Shown piece after piece: positions 48,173 through 59,318 of a stretch of DNA of 64,000 bases. Location: assembly GCA_043228905.1 (NCBI GenBank), contig JBHGNT010000016.1, positions 9,734,001-9,798,000 on the forward strand, in the 5' to 3' direction. Source of the stretch: Azolla caroliniana (taxonomy: Eukaryota > Plantae > Polypodiophyta). Position numbers and translations under genes: made by a program. Position 1 is the stretch's first letter; each line of letters begins with the position of its first letter. The notes below the pieces were generated by a model. The model was not told the origin of the DNA and searched no databases. It was given only the letters and a program-made list of their open reading frames with translations.

Positions 48173-51100
48173 AGTGAAAATGTTAACGTGTGGAAGTGTT
48201 TAGACAGAACCGGCTCAGCCGAATAGCAATAGAGAATAAGATGAAGGTTTAATGGAGAAGCTTAATCCTCAAAGATTATATGTGGGAGAGACAAAGAGAG
48301 TAGAACGTAAACGTAGATTCAAAATAATAACAACACTATGTACATACAATGTGCTATAACAACACTATTTATACAAAGTCCATAAAGGACGGACAGAAGT
48401 ACTGACAGGTACTTCAATGCTCATACAAGCAACTGACACTAACTACGAGACAATGATTACATAGTAGTCTAGGCTACTACTAGGCTTCCAGTTCCCGCTC
48501 GAATCCGGCTCCCCGATCCGGTCGGTTATATCCGAATACCGATCCGGCTTTGGTTTATTCAGCCGATCCGGATCTAGTTGAGCTTGCTCGCTCAACACTC
48601 CCCCTCAAACTCAACTTGAGGTCAGATCATGATGTTAGTGTTTGTGGCAGCCGGTTCTTCTACCCGGCTCCTTCTGGCGTTGCTCCGCCTTGCTCGCGCT
48701 CATCGTCCGGTCCAGTCCTGCTTGCCGCAACCCTTCTGGTTCGGCGCACCTCGACCTCCTCGGTCGGCTTGTCTGCTCAACAGGCCCATTTCAGTTCCCT
48801 CACAACTGCGACTCTAGCGCTTATCGATCCGTTGGTTCCTTTGTGTTGGTGTAGACTTTCGCTGCGTTCATGTTCGCTTGGTCTTTAGTTGGTCCGTCTT
48901 CTCCGAATCTTGAACCGAATCGGCTTCCTCCGATTCATTCCAACTCTTGTCCGAGTTGGTAGTTTCCAACTTGTCTTCCGTTTTTAGGCCCTTCACCACA
49001 TCAAACCACGTCTGGGTCTTGGCCTTCTTCCGGTTGGCTTTGTCCTTCTTCACTCTACCGCCAACGCCGCTTGCTTTGACTTGTTCGTATGTGCCGACTG
49101 CCTCGGTCAACTCGGCTCCCATTTTCGGTTCTTTCTTCCTCTCCGGTTCATTTTCCAGTGCCATCACCAGGGCCTTTGCCTGTTTCTGTTCTCCCCCTCA
49201 AGTGCAACACATCGAGATGTTATACACCAAGCATTTCGGTGAAGTGCTACAACTTGGTCGATTCGAGCGGTTTGGTGAAGATGTCGACAACTTGCCGATC
49301 CGTCTGAACATACCGAAGTTTGACTTCACCGCTCAAAACCCGCTCACACACAAAGTGATATTGGACTTTTATGTGCTTCGTCTGAGCATGGAACACGGGG
49401 TTCTTGGCGAGCTGAATGCTACTCATGTTGTCATAGTAGATCGGGATTGGCATTGGTACCTTAATCCGCAGGTCTTGCAGTAATCGCCAAAGCCAGATGG
49501 TAGCGCTCGGATATTCAGCCTCAATGCCCGACAGAGCCACTGTTGGCTGCTTTTTGCTGCTCCACGCAACAACCTCGCTACCAAGAGAAAACATGTAACC
49601 GGAGGTGGATCGGCGATACGATGCATCACTAACCCAATCGGCATCAGTATATCCGACTAGCTTCCTAGCTATACCGTGTCGGTATAATAGCAGAGTATCC
49701 TTCGTGCCTCTAACATACTAGAGTATCCGTCGTGCGCACTGAAGCTGCTCGACGGTCGGCGTCTGCATGAATTGGCTGATCACTCCAACTGGATAACTGA
49801 TTTCGGGTCAGGTGATTGTCAAGTAGATAAGGCTTTCGACAATTTGTTGGAACCGTTTCCCATTGTAGGCCGGTCCGGAGTCGGGACATAGCTTCAGGTT
49901 CCGATCTAGGGGTGTAGAAATCGGTGGGGATTCCGTCATGCCGAACTTGTACAACATATTCAACAGATAATGGCGTTGTGAGAGCAATATGCCTTCGAGG
50001 GTTCGGATCACCGAGGAAATAATGAATGTCCCCGAGGTCGTGCATCTCAAATGTGTCTGATAGCCGGGCCTTGACACGGCCGATGTTATTGAGTCCAGGT
50101 CAGGTGATGACTAAATCATTTGCATAAAGTAAGATGCAAACTGGACCGTTAAGATGTTGCTTGATGAACAATGATGAGTCAGATTTAGAGGTCACAAACC
50201 CCATCTTACGCAACCGGTGTGTGATCTTCGCATTCCAAGCTCGGGGGGCTTGTTTTAGAACGTAAGTCGACTTCTTAAGCCGGCACACCGCCGGCTTGTT
50301 CATCTCCGACTAAGAATCAGGAGGTTGGATCATAGAGACCCGTTCTCCAAGGTCACCTTGAAGAAACACATTCTTCACGTCCATTTGGTGAAGATGCCAC
50401 CTCCTTGCCGTAGCAACCACCAGTACCACACAAACCTTCGTCATCTTCGCTACTGGAGCGAAGGTCTCTTCGTAGTCGATTCCGTGGGTCAGTGCGTAGC
50501 CCTTCGCAACTAACCGTGCCTTGTACCGATTAACCGAACCATTGGCATTGTACTTGACTTTGTACACCCATTTGCAACCGATTGGTTTACAGTGTCGTGG
50601 AGGGTCAACGTGGTCCCATGTGTCGTTGGCATCGAGTGCCCGCATTTCTTCTTCCAGAGCGGCACGCCAATTTGCGTCCTATCCTGCTTCTGCGTAACTC
50701 CCCGGCTCAGGCACTTTCGCCACTTTGGTCATGTATGCATAGTGATGCGCAATGTACTCATTGTACCCGTACCGTGTAACGGGGTTCTTCTGGCGGGAGG
50801 ACCATCGTAACTTGTCATCACCCGGTTTTGGGGCCCTTCTTGGGTGGTTCGGACTTTGTTACCGAAGATTTGTTTCATCCTTTCCGGAGTCGGATTCGCT
50901 CTGATCCGACTCCACGTTGCCGGTTTCGTATTCAGACATTTTCCGCTTCCCTTTCTCTTTGCATGTGAACCGTCTCCTCATTTCCTTGGGCGGGGTGAGC
51001 ATGGCAGAGTTTCCACTACTCGCCGGTTCTTCATCCGACTGGTCACTTTGACCCAGTCGCTCATTCGGTCCGCTCAACCGAAACGATTCCCGACTCTCTT

Positions 51101-51783
51101 CTAGAGTCTCAAGCTCGTCATCTTCTATCTGGACCGGTTCAGGCTCACTGACCTCATCCTCTGGGATTGGGTCAAAGTCGGAAGTCGGAGTTGGTAGAGA
51201 GTACCACGATGCCGTCTCGTCGATCTCAAAATCTTGGCTTACTCGGACATGCTTCGTCTGGGGTTATAGCAGTTATACCCCTTCTGCTCATGCGAGTAAC
51301 CGACGAGGATGCACTTCTCCGACTTTGGATCAAGCTTCCTCCGCTTCTAATCCAGAACATGAACATATGCTTTGTTGCCGAATATCCGAAGGTGTTCCAA
51401 ATTAGGCTTGCGCCTGAAATACAGCTCGTGTGATGACACCTTGTCATCGATCCGGTTTTGGATATAGACGATCGTCCAGACCGCCTCAGCCCAGTAGAAT
51501 TGGGGCATGGTCTTCTCCTCCAGCATTGCCCTTGCCGCATCGACAATCGACCGGTTCTTCCTCTCGGCCACACCGTTTTGTTCCGGTGTGTATCGACAGC
51601 TGAATTCTCTCCGAATTCCGTTCTGCTGGAGATAACTGTTGAATTGGTATGAAAAGTATTCTTTTCTGCCATCCGACCACAGACACTTGATCTTCCTCTC
51701 CGTTTCCTGTTCAACCAAGCTATGAAGGTTCCGGAAACACTTGAAGACTTCGCTCTTCCTCTCGATGAGGTAGATCCATGTGT
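48173..51783 (-). mobile_element. Copia copy C: 5'-truncated (IN-RT-RH-extension-3' LTR 48173-48597)
   Basis: ORFs 51347-51718 (IN), 50310-50645 and 50100-50303 (RT), 49247-49594 (RH); PPT at 48598. Confidence 0.9.
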
Positions 51784-53941
51784 AACACGTTCACGTTCAC
51801 AAGTGGAAGGATCACGCATAAATGGAAGGATAAGGAAAATTTTGGTTGATTTTAGGGCTTTTTCAATGACTTTACAACACATTGATACCAATATCATACA
51901 TGTTCAAACATACTATGAAAAAGGTTAAAAATCCACTATTTTCGTGATTTAGATGTAACTAAAAAAGGGGAATTTCAAAAAGTTACATTCTCAATTTATA
52001 TCACAAACTTTACAACCAATGTTATTTTATAAGAAACGATTTTTTAGAAATCATAAGAATTCAAAACACATGCTTTTATATTACTCGATTTGTTACAAGC
52101 GGAATGTAGTTACACTTAATAGCCAAAAATACATTCATGATCATTCCTTTATGGAGAATCACTACTATAACTAATATACAATGACGATTCCTCCTCGTCA
52201 TCCTCCGATGTACCAATCAGTGCATTATCTTTGTCATAAACCAAATGGTTTGACTGTAGATTATATGTAGCAAATCTCGTTTGCCTTTGATTGGAGCCAC
52301 CTTGTAGACCTGATAATTTTTCTTTTATTATATCTATTGTTGACTTCCTTAATCGTCCGGCTTTTGTAAGTGTGAAGTCATACACGATGATATCCACATC
52401 AGAGATATCAAGGTTCGAGGTGTTACGAATGTTTCGCTTCCTCTTCCTACGTCCCCTTCTTGTTGGGCATTCAATCATCTCCAATGTATACTTACCAGGA
52501 AAAGCATTTGCACTTCTAGTGTTGTACCAATGAACGTATAGACTTGATCGTGTTTTCTATTTCATGCATTAGCACTTCTAGAATTTTACCAACCGAAAAT
52601 TGGTGGCCATGTGAGTTCTCATCAGCCGGCGTTGCAATCAACATCCCCGTCGTGAGCTCTTCCAAATTGCCTTGCCATCTAGCTTCGACTGCTTTGGTCA
52701 TCCTTGGTCCCACATAAATGTCTCTTTGTTGTGGATGAACCAAGTTGTCATTAATCGCATTTGGTGGTTGCTCCGGAGTTCTATTGACACGATCATGTTG
52801 CAACGACCATGTGAATGGCATTTCCAAATTCCAATTATCACCAAATACACAATTGTCTATAATTCCTTTCCGATCACTATAAAATACGTCCCACCATGAT
52901 GTGTCTTGTTGTGCGACATATTTCTTGGGGGCCTCAATATGCTTTCTTTTTTCTTCTAAGGCTTGGAGCCATGACCGTTTTTGTTCCGATACTCTGCAAC
53001 TGTCCTTTCTTCTCAATTGGCATTTGCTTAGCTCCATGGACAATTGTACTTGGCATACAAAGTAATAACTGGCAACCACCTTTAGGTTCCCATGTTGTAG
53101 AAGATGAATATTGTTTAGCATACAAAAGTGTAGAACCACTTATTTCATTTTTCTTTATCATAAAAATGTGATTGAAACTTAGATTGTAACACTTTATCAA
53201 GTGTAACACTTTTGGACGTGGTGTATATGCATCACAAATGACATCAAATAGTTTAGGTAAAGTGAAAGCATCATGCCGAGACAACTGTCTGGAGAATGTG
53301 CTAAACATTTGATCTATATGGTCATGTGTGTGGCCAACCAAAAGAAAATTGACTTTCACTTTCCTAAACAATCCTTGGTTGACCAACATACTTAGATAGC
53401 CAAACACAGTTGAATTTTTGTTCTCTCTAGCAGTATTGTCCAATTGAATGTATAGAACAGGAGGGAAAGGTTGGCCCCAAGACATCAAAACTCGGTGAAT
53501 CACTGTAACTGTTAGGTTAGGGTAATTGTGAACATTGGGGTATGTAATGAAGACGTGAGGGCCAACAGACCTATTATAAGCCAAGCATCCCATCAAGTGT
53601 ATTTGAACAAGGCACTCATCATTGACATCTTTGGGGAGCCTCCGCATATGCGGCAATCACGTCTTCTTCTGGTCCATGCCATCTATCATTAAGCACATGT
53701 ATTGTTCGGGCCTCTGCAAACACTTCTCTCTATGATGCATCTCCTTCTTTCGTTCTAAGGATTGTGCCTCACGATGCTCTTGTAGTAACTTCTTACTCAT
53801 ATCCTTTTCCATTGATGTCTTTGCACCTTTAGCCAAACTTTTAAGATTTGCACAAATGGAGCAATACCCCATGCGTACTTTACGTGGAATGATAACATTT
53901 GAAAACCGAGCTCTCCATAATCTTGTGAATTGGCGATGGCA
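51784..53941 (-). mobile_element. Decayed Sola-like (DUF7869-type) DDD DNA transposase fragment with AT-rich 3' flank
   Basis: CSIC, CLMIDGMDQKKT*LPH, LYIQLDNTARENKN, FLLVGHTHDHIDQMFS; the 5' part is replaced by Copia sequence at ~53942. Confidence 0.75.
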
Positions 53942-54855
53942 AGATGTTGTACCCGGAGGAAGATAGGCCCCGTGATTGTGGTGGACAAGGCGGATCAGCG
54001 TGCAATGGAGGCGGCCAACAAGAGCAGAACAGGCGGCATAATCGAAATGCCGATAGCAGTTCCGGACCCTGCATAAGCAAGGTGAGTCATGGTGGTGCCG
54101 GAAGACGGCAAGAGAAGGCCATGTTGGAATGCTGGTACTGTGGCATGAAAGGCCACAAGGAGAGCGAGTGTTGGAAGAAAACAGCGGATTCAGACAAAGC
54201 TGGATCGAGCGGAAGAGACGCAAGAAGGCGTCAAAAGTCAGTCACACTACGCCGAGGGTCCCAAACAAGCCGGAAGTGGATCGGGCCTTGCCTTCGTAAT
54301 GAAGCATAAGGCCAACTCAATGGCCGTGAACACCTCGAAATCAAGCGAGGTGTGGTATGTGGATTCCAGAGTGTCAAATCATATGACAAGTCCCGAGGAA
54401 TGATTCTCATACTTGGAGAGGCCGGAATCACGAGGGGTTGTCGAAACGGGAGATGACACCCCACATACCATCGAACATGTCGGCAAAGTTCCCCTCAGCC
54501 ACGTCGGGAAGAAAGGGAAACTCATGAATGTGTTGCACGTCTCGATAATAACCAAGAACCTTGTGTCAGTCGGACAAATTGTCGACCCAGCTATGGAAGT
54601 TCGATTCATGCATGTCGGCTGCTTCATTGAAGAAGAAGGTAAAGTGATCGCGCAAGGGTGCCATGAAGGGAGGATGTTTATCCTCGACACTAATCAAGCC
54701 AAAACCGTTGTCGCGTTGTTACGCGCGTGCGTGGAGAAAGGCGGGACCACGGGGGTCTTGGACTAGGGAGTGATGGAGTGTAGGAAGTCATGCTTCATCG
54801 TTACCAAGGCATCCCAGAAACACACCGGAAGCAACCGAAGGGAGAGAGAGAGAGA

Positions 54856-54902
<47 letters not shown>

Positions 54903-56916
54903 ACACCGACTCACGCACACGCACACACCCGCACACACAGCCCAACCCGACCCGCGCCTTATGTACAGGAAACGCAAGAAAGGGGAAGCACCCGACACCA
55001 ACAAAGACGCCAATATACACAGACAGACGCAAACGTATATGTATATATACATAAGAAGAATACATTCCTGGCTTCAAGCCGGACTAAGGTAGGTTACAGT
55101 AGTCGTCTGTTGCCAAGCCGCCGTCGGGGAGCTCACGGGCTCGTCGCGCCGAACGGGGTCTTGCGCAGGAGATGAGCTGAAGCAAACCCTAAACGAACAC
55201 GAAGGAGAAGAAGAAGAAGAAGTTAACTCTAAACCTAACGGTATACCCTCTAATGCAAAATGGGCAACCCTTTCACAAAGGGCGTTCCCTCCCTTTTATA
55301 GAACAAGGAGAGGGATGCGTTAGAATGTGGGACAAATCCCGCCTTACATGAGATCGTTTGCCCCGACTTGACTACTCTTCGGTGCCATAAAGGCGCCCTC
55401 GATATTCACACTAAATGTACATGGGTGCGTACACACGCTGCACCCCGTCGATGCAGCCAATGTTCCCGGTTTCCGCCTCTGGCCGAAATTCTTCACGACA
55501 TCCGCCCCCACCTAACCGCACATCCACCGGTATGTGCCAAGCCCGGTCGAGGGGTGAGAGATTTCGGCCGGTGAGAAACCGGTCTTCCGTGATCCGCATC
55601 CCGGCTCGCTGCCGGTTTGACCCATCGGCCTCGATTCATCCTTCGCGCTCGCCTCCCCGTAGGCTCATTTGACCCGTCGATGGGTCCTCTGCCGCGATCT
55701 CCGTAGTACGCGTACTTCCGTTGGCCCTTGTTCGGCCGTATGAATGCCCCGCTTCCCGCCGTATGCCCGATGTCCTCCGTTTGAGGAACGCCCGTAGCGG
55801 CCCGCTCGGCCTCCGTTTATCATTCGCGTCGTCCTAATTGCCGTCCCATGTCGTTTCGCGTTGCCCTCGTCTTTTCGCCGCCACCTTCCTTCCCCATGGT
55901 CTTACATCGCCGCGTTGGCTCGAACCACCATGGTCTCCAGAACGGTGTGGAGGATCCCTTTCCGGCCTTCTCCGCGATACCTCTGAAACGCGCAACCTAT
56001 CTCCGCGCTCGCCTTTCCACTTCGGCACCTCCGTGTGCCACATACCCCCGTCCGTTGTTTGGCACCGCCTGTGCCGTACTCCGGTTCATTGCACGCCTCG
56101 TCGGCCCCTTTCCCGGCCAGATCGTGCATCGTCGCTCACCCGCATATTGGTGTCCTTTGCATCCGAGGAACACCCCGTAGTAGCCCGCTTGGCCCTTCCC
56201 GTCTTCTTGCTGCTACGATAGGTCCTGAGCCTTCCTCTTGCCGTCATCCCCTCGCCCCCACCAGCTTGTCATCCCGGCTTGCCGTGTCAGTCTTCGCTAC
56301 TCCGACAGAGCTACCGAGATCTATGAAGCGAGTGTGGAGGATCCTCCTCCGGCTTCTCTTGCCATCCCTTGACTCCGACCCTGTGCAGTCCACTAGGCTC
56401 TTGTCACCTCGTTCCCGGCACCTCCCTTGTGCCGCCTTCTGCTTCCTTCGTTCGGCCCCGCTCGCGCCGAACACCGTCCCGTAGTCACGCTTCGATCCGG
56501 CCTGCGATGGCCACTTGTGAGACTCTTGTTCTGTCCAAGGTGTGCCCTTCCGGCCTGACACACCTCCCAGTATTTGCCCCTACCGGCTCCTTCCGAAACC
56601 TCGTGTCATCGGGTCCCGTTCCCTACCGCCACCGTCCTTCTCCATCGGTCTTACGTTGCCGTGTTGGCCGAACAACTGAGGTCTCCAGATCGGTGTGAGG
56701 GTCCCATAGGACCGGACTCCGTTTCTATGCCTGCCGTAATTCGGGTGTCTTTTGTTTGAGTCCCTCCCGGACTCTCCTCGTGTCTTCCGCGTAGTCGGGT
56801 CCTGTTTCCCGCCGCCACCTTCCTTCTCTCTTGGTCTTACGTTGCCACGTTGGCCGAACAGCCGGAGTCTCTGGTTAGGTGTGGGGATCCCGTAGGACCG
56901 GACTTCCTTATGCCCA

Positions 56917-57269
56917 TTGCCTTCGTCACCTCGCCGCCACCGTCAGTATCTTGGTCTTACGTCGACCGCGTTGCCGACTGCCGGAGTCTCTAGAACCGGT
57001 GTGAAGGATCCTCCGTAGACCGCCCATCCGTAGCCCCTTTGCCTTCGTCACCTCGCCGCCACCGTCAGTATCTTGGTCTTACGCCGACCGCGTTGCCGAC
57101 TGCCGAAGTCTCTAGAACCGGTGTGAAGGATCCTCCGTAGGCCTTCGATCCGTCGCCCCTTTGCCTTCGTCACCTCGCCGCCACCGTCAGTATCTTGGTC
57201 TTACACCGACCGCGCTGCCGACTGCCGAAGTCTCTAGAACCGGTGTGAAGGATCCTCCGTAGGCCTTCG
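56917..57269. repeat. ~122-bp tandem repeat (about 2.9 copies)
   Basis: TTGCCTTCGTCACCTCGCCGCCACCGTCAGTATC starts at 56917, 57039 and 57161. Confidence 0.92.
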
Positions 57270-57665
57270 TCTCCTTCTTGACCCTGTCCCGGGTTGTCCT
57301 TTTCCGCATGCCGAGAGGGCGGTTTACTCCGCACCTTCTCCCGTGGTACCGACGTACCGTGTCCTCGGCCTCTTCGTAGGCCTGCTCTCTTCCTCCCTCC
57401 GGAATGGTTATCTGGGAGTCCGCTCCGCCTGGTTCTCGTCCGGGTCCGTTCGTCCTTCTCCGGATTGCCGAGTCCCGTTCTCCTGTTGCCACCGATCTCT
57501 CTTATAGGACTCACGCCGGCACTCGGGCCTACAGCCGGATTGGTGTAAGGAATCCCATAGGACCGGCTTTCATTCTCTTTCCAAATCTCGACCTTTGCCC
57601 GGTCGGTCTTTCTCCCCATGTAAAAGAGGGCGGCTCGTCCCGCACCCCCTTCCGTATCGGCTATT

Positions 57666-59105
57666 TCATGCCGAATCCGGCCCCGATCGAACAATCCACG
57701 ACCGGATCACGCTCCACCCGTATCGGAATGCCGATCTCCTCGTGCCGCTTCCGTCCTCGGCCTCCTCGCAGGCCGTTTCCCATCCGACTTCGCTGGCATC
57801 GTGCCAGGACTCCTCGGTACCGCCATCCATCTCCTCGGTCTTACATAGGCATACGGGCCCGAATGCCGAGTTCTCCGGAATCGGGTCCGTGGGCTTTCGT
57901 CCGTTCCTTCCCCGTATCGTCTCGCCGGTGATTCTTGGTCCATCGCCGCCGCCTTCCTCCGCTTGGGACTTACGTGGGCAGTCGGGTCCGACTGCCATCG
58001 TCTCGGGAGCAAGTGTGGGAAGACACAAAGAATCGCCCGTCCGTTTTGCACCCTTGTCCATAGCCACCGACTCTCCGTGGTTGGCGGTTGTCTTCTTACC
58101 GATCGCACAAGCCCCGTCTGGGCTTGCTTCTCCAATGACCGGGATCTCGGGCTGACACGCCCGAGACCGCTGGTCCCAACGTTTCGGTTCCGTGATCTGT
58201 ATCTCGGCCTCGTCCTTGGCCGTTCTATCTCTGCAAGTCGAGAGGGCGTTTCGTTCCGCACCCTCTCCCGTGGTACCGTCATACCGATCTTCCGCCGTCG
58301 CGTGTGGCAAGTCCGTCTCGTCAGTCTCCGCTTGTGGCCTTGATCTTTCCTCCTCCTCGAGCATCACCTCGAGAGCTACGTACGCCTCCGCAATCCTGGC
58401 CCCAACGCCGATCCTTGCCAACTCCCTTTTTCGTTTGGCCTCTTCCCGCTGTGATGGCACGCCATCGCGCCCCTTCCTCTTAGCCTTCTCGGCTCGCTCG
58501 TGGTCTAGCCGTTGGCACACCCTTTCGACCTTCGACCAGTCCTCCGTAAGCCCATTTGCTCCATCATCGTCTTCGAGCTCAATCCCGATGGCCTCCTGTT
58601 CCACTCGGTCGATCGACCTGACGAACAATAGGACCTTGTCTGCCCCCACCAAACCTTGTCCCGGCTCTGGGAACCGAGCAAGCCGTCGCTCGAACTCCCG
58701 GAATGCCTTCATCGCGCCCCGGTGGGTCTTTGCCGATGCTACCCACTGGTCGAAGTCGTGTCGTCCCCGGCTCTTCCGCCGTCCTCCGTATGCCTTCAGG
58801 AGAGCCTCTTCGAAGGCCTCCCACGAACTATGAGCCTCACGGAGCTCCTTTATTTCTGCATGCATCCGGACAGCCACGACCCGACAAAAGAACTCCAGCC
58901 TCAACACCTCGTCTACGCCACGCTCCTCCATTTCCGCGTTGTAGGCTTCCAAGTAAGATGGGACTTTGTCCCCGTTGAAATGGCCGACTCTTTCGACCAC
59001 TCGCTCAACCGCCTGTTGCGCTGCTTCTCGCCTCATCACCACTCGTGCCGACTCCAACACCAATTCGGCCACCATCTCCACAAGGTCGTCGTTTTCCGAC
59101 TCCAT
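57666..59105 (-). CDS. Gag-like protein, 479 aa, uninterrupted ORF
   Basis: Starts 16 nt after the PBS; capsid-like FNGDKVPSYLEAY...SWEAFEEALLKAY...DKVLLFVRSI; low-complexity C-terminal half with no protease or RT motifs. Confidence 0.75.
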   Translation of the reverse strand: MESENDDLVEMVAELVLESARVVMRREAAQQAVERVVERVGHFNGDKVPSYLEAYNAEMEERGVDEVLRLEFFCRVVAVRMHAEIKELREAHSSWEAFEEALLKAYGGRRKSRGRHDFDQWVASAKTHRGAMKAFREFERRLARFPEPGQGLVGADKVLLFVRSIDRVEQEAIGIELEDDDGANGLTEDWSKVERVCQRLDHERAEKAKRKGRDGVPSQREEAKRKRELARIGVGARIAEAYVALEVMLEEEERSRPQAETDETDLPHATAEDRYDGTTGEGAERNALSTCRDRTAKDEAEIQITEPKRWDQRSRACQPEIPVIGEASPDGACAIGKKTTANHGESVAMDKGAKRTGDSLCLPTLAPETMAVGPDCPRKSQAEEGGGDGPRITGETIRGRNGRKPTDPIPENSAFGPVCLCKTEEMDGGTEESWHDASEVGWETACEEAEDGSGTRRSAFRYGWSVIRSWIVRSGPDSA

Positions 59106-59120
59106 CCTCCCTTGCCACCT

Positions 59121-59138
59121 TTCACGTCGGGTTCACCA
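59121..59138 (-). promoter_or_regulatory. Primer binding site complementary to tRNA-Trp
   Basis: The plus strand TTCACGTCGGGTTCACCA matches the 3' 18 nt of plant cytosolic tRNA-Trp(CCA) as I recall it. Confidence 0.85.
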
Positions 59139-59272
59139 AAGATGTCGCGTTGTTACGCGCGTGCGTGGAGAAAGGCGGGACCACGGGGGCCTTGGACTAG
59201 GGAGTGATGGAGTGTAGGAAGTCGTGCTTCACCATTACCGAGGCATCCCAGAAACACACAGGAAGCAACCGA

Positions 59273-59318
<46 letters not shown>

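Noticed and set aside
39560-48597. LTRs 39560-39997 and 48173-48597 as the two ends of a single element
   Set aside because: Both are followed by a PPT and RNase H end, so both are 3' LTRs. There is no PBS and no shared TSD.
56917-57269. Hammerhead ribozyme / retrozyme repeats in the pol-less LTR element
   Set aside because: The minus strand has CTGACGG..GACGAAG, not the CUGAnGA..GAAA core, and I found no convincing three-stem fold by eye.
59121-59138. tRNA-Trp gene
   Set aside because: Only the 3' 18 nt including CCA are present, next to an LTR, so it is a PBS.
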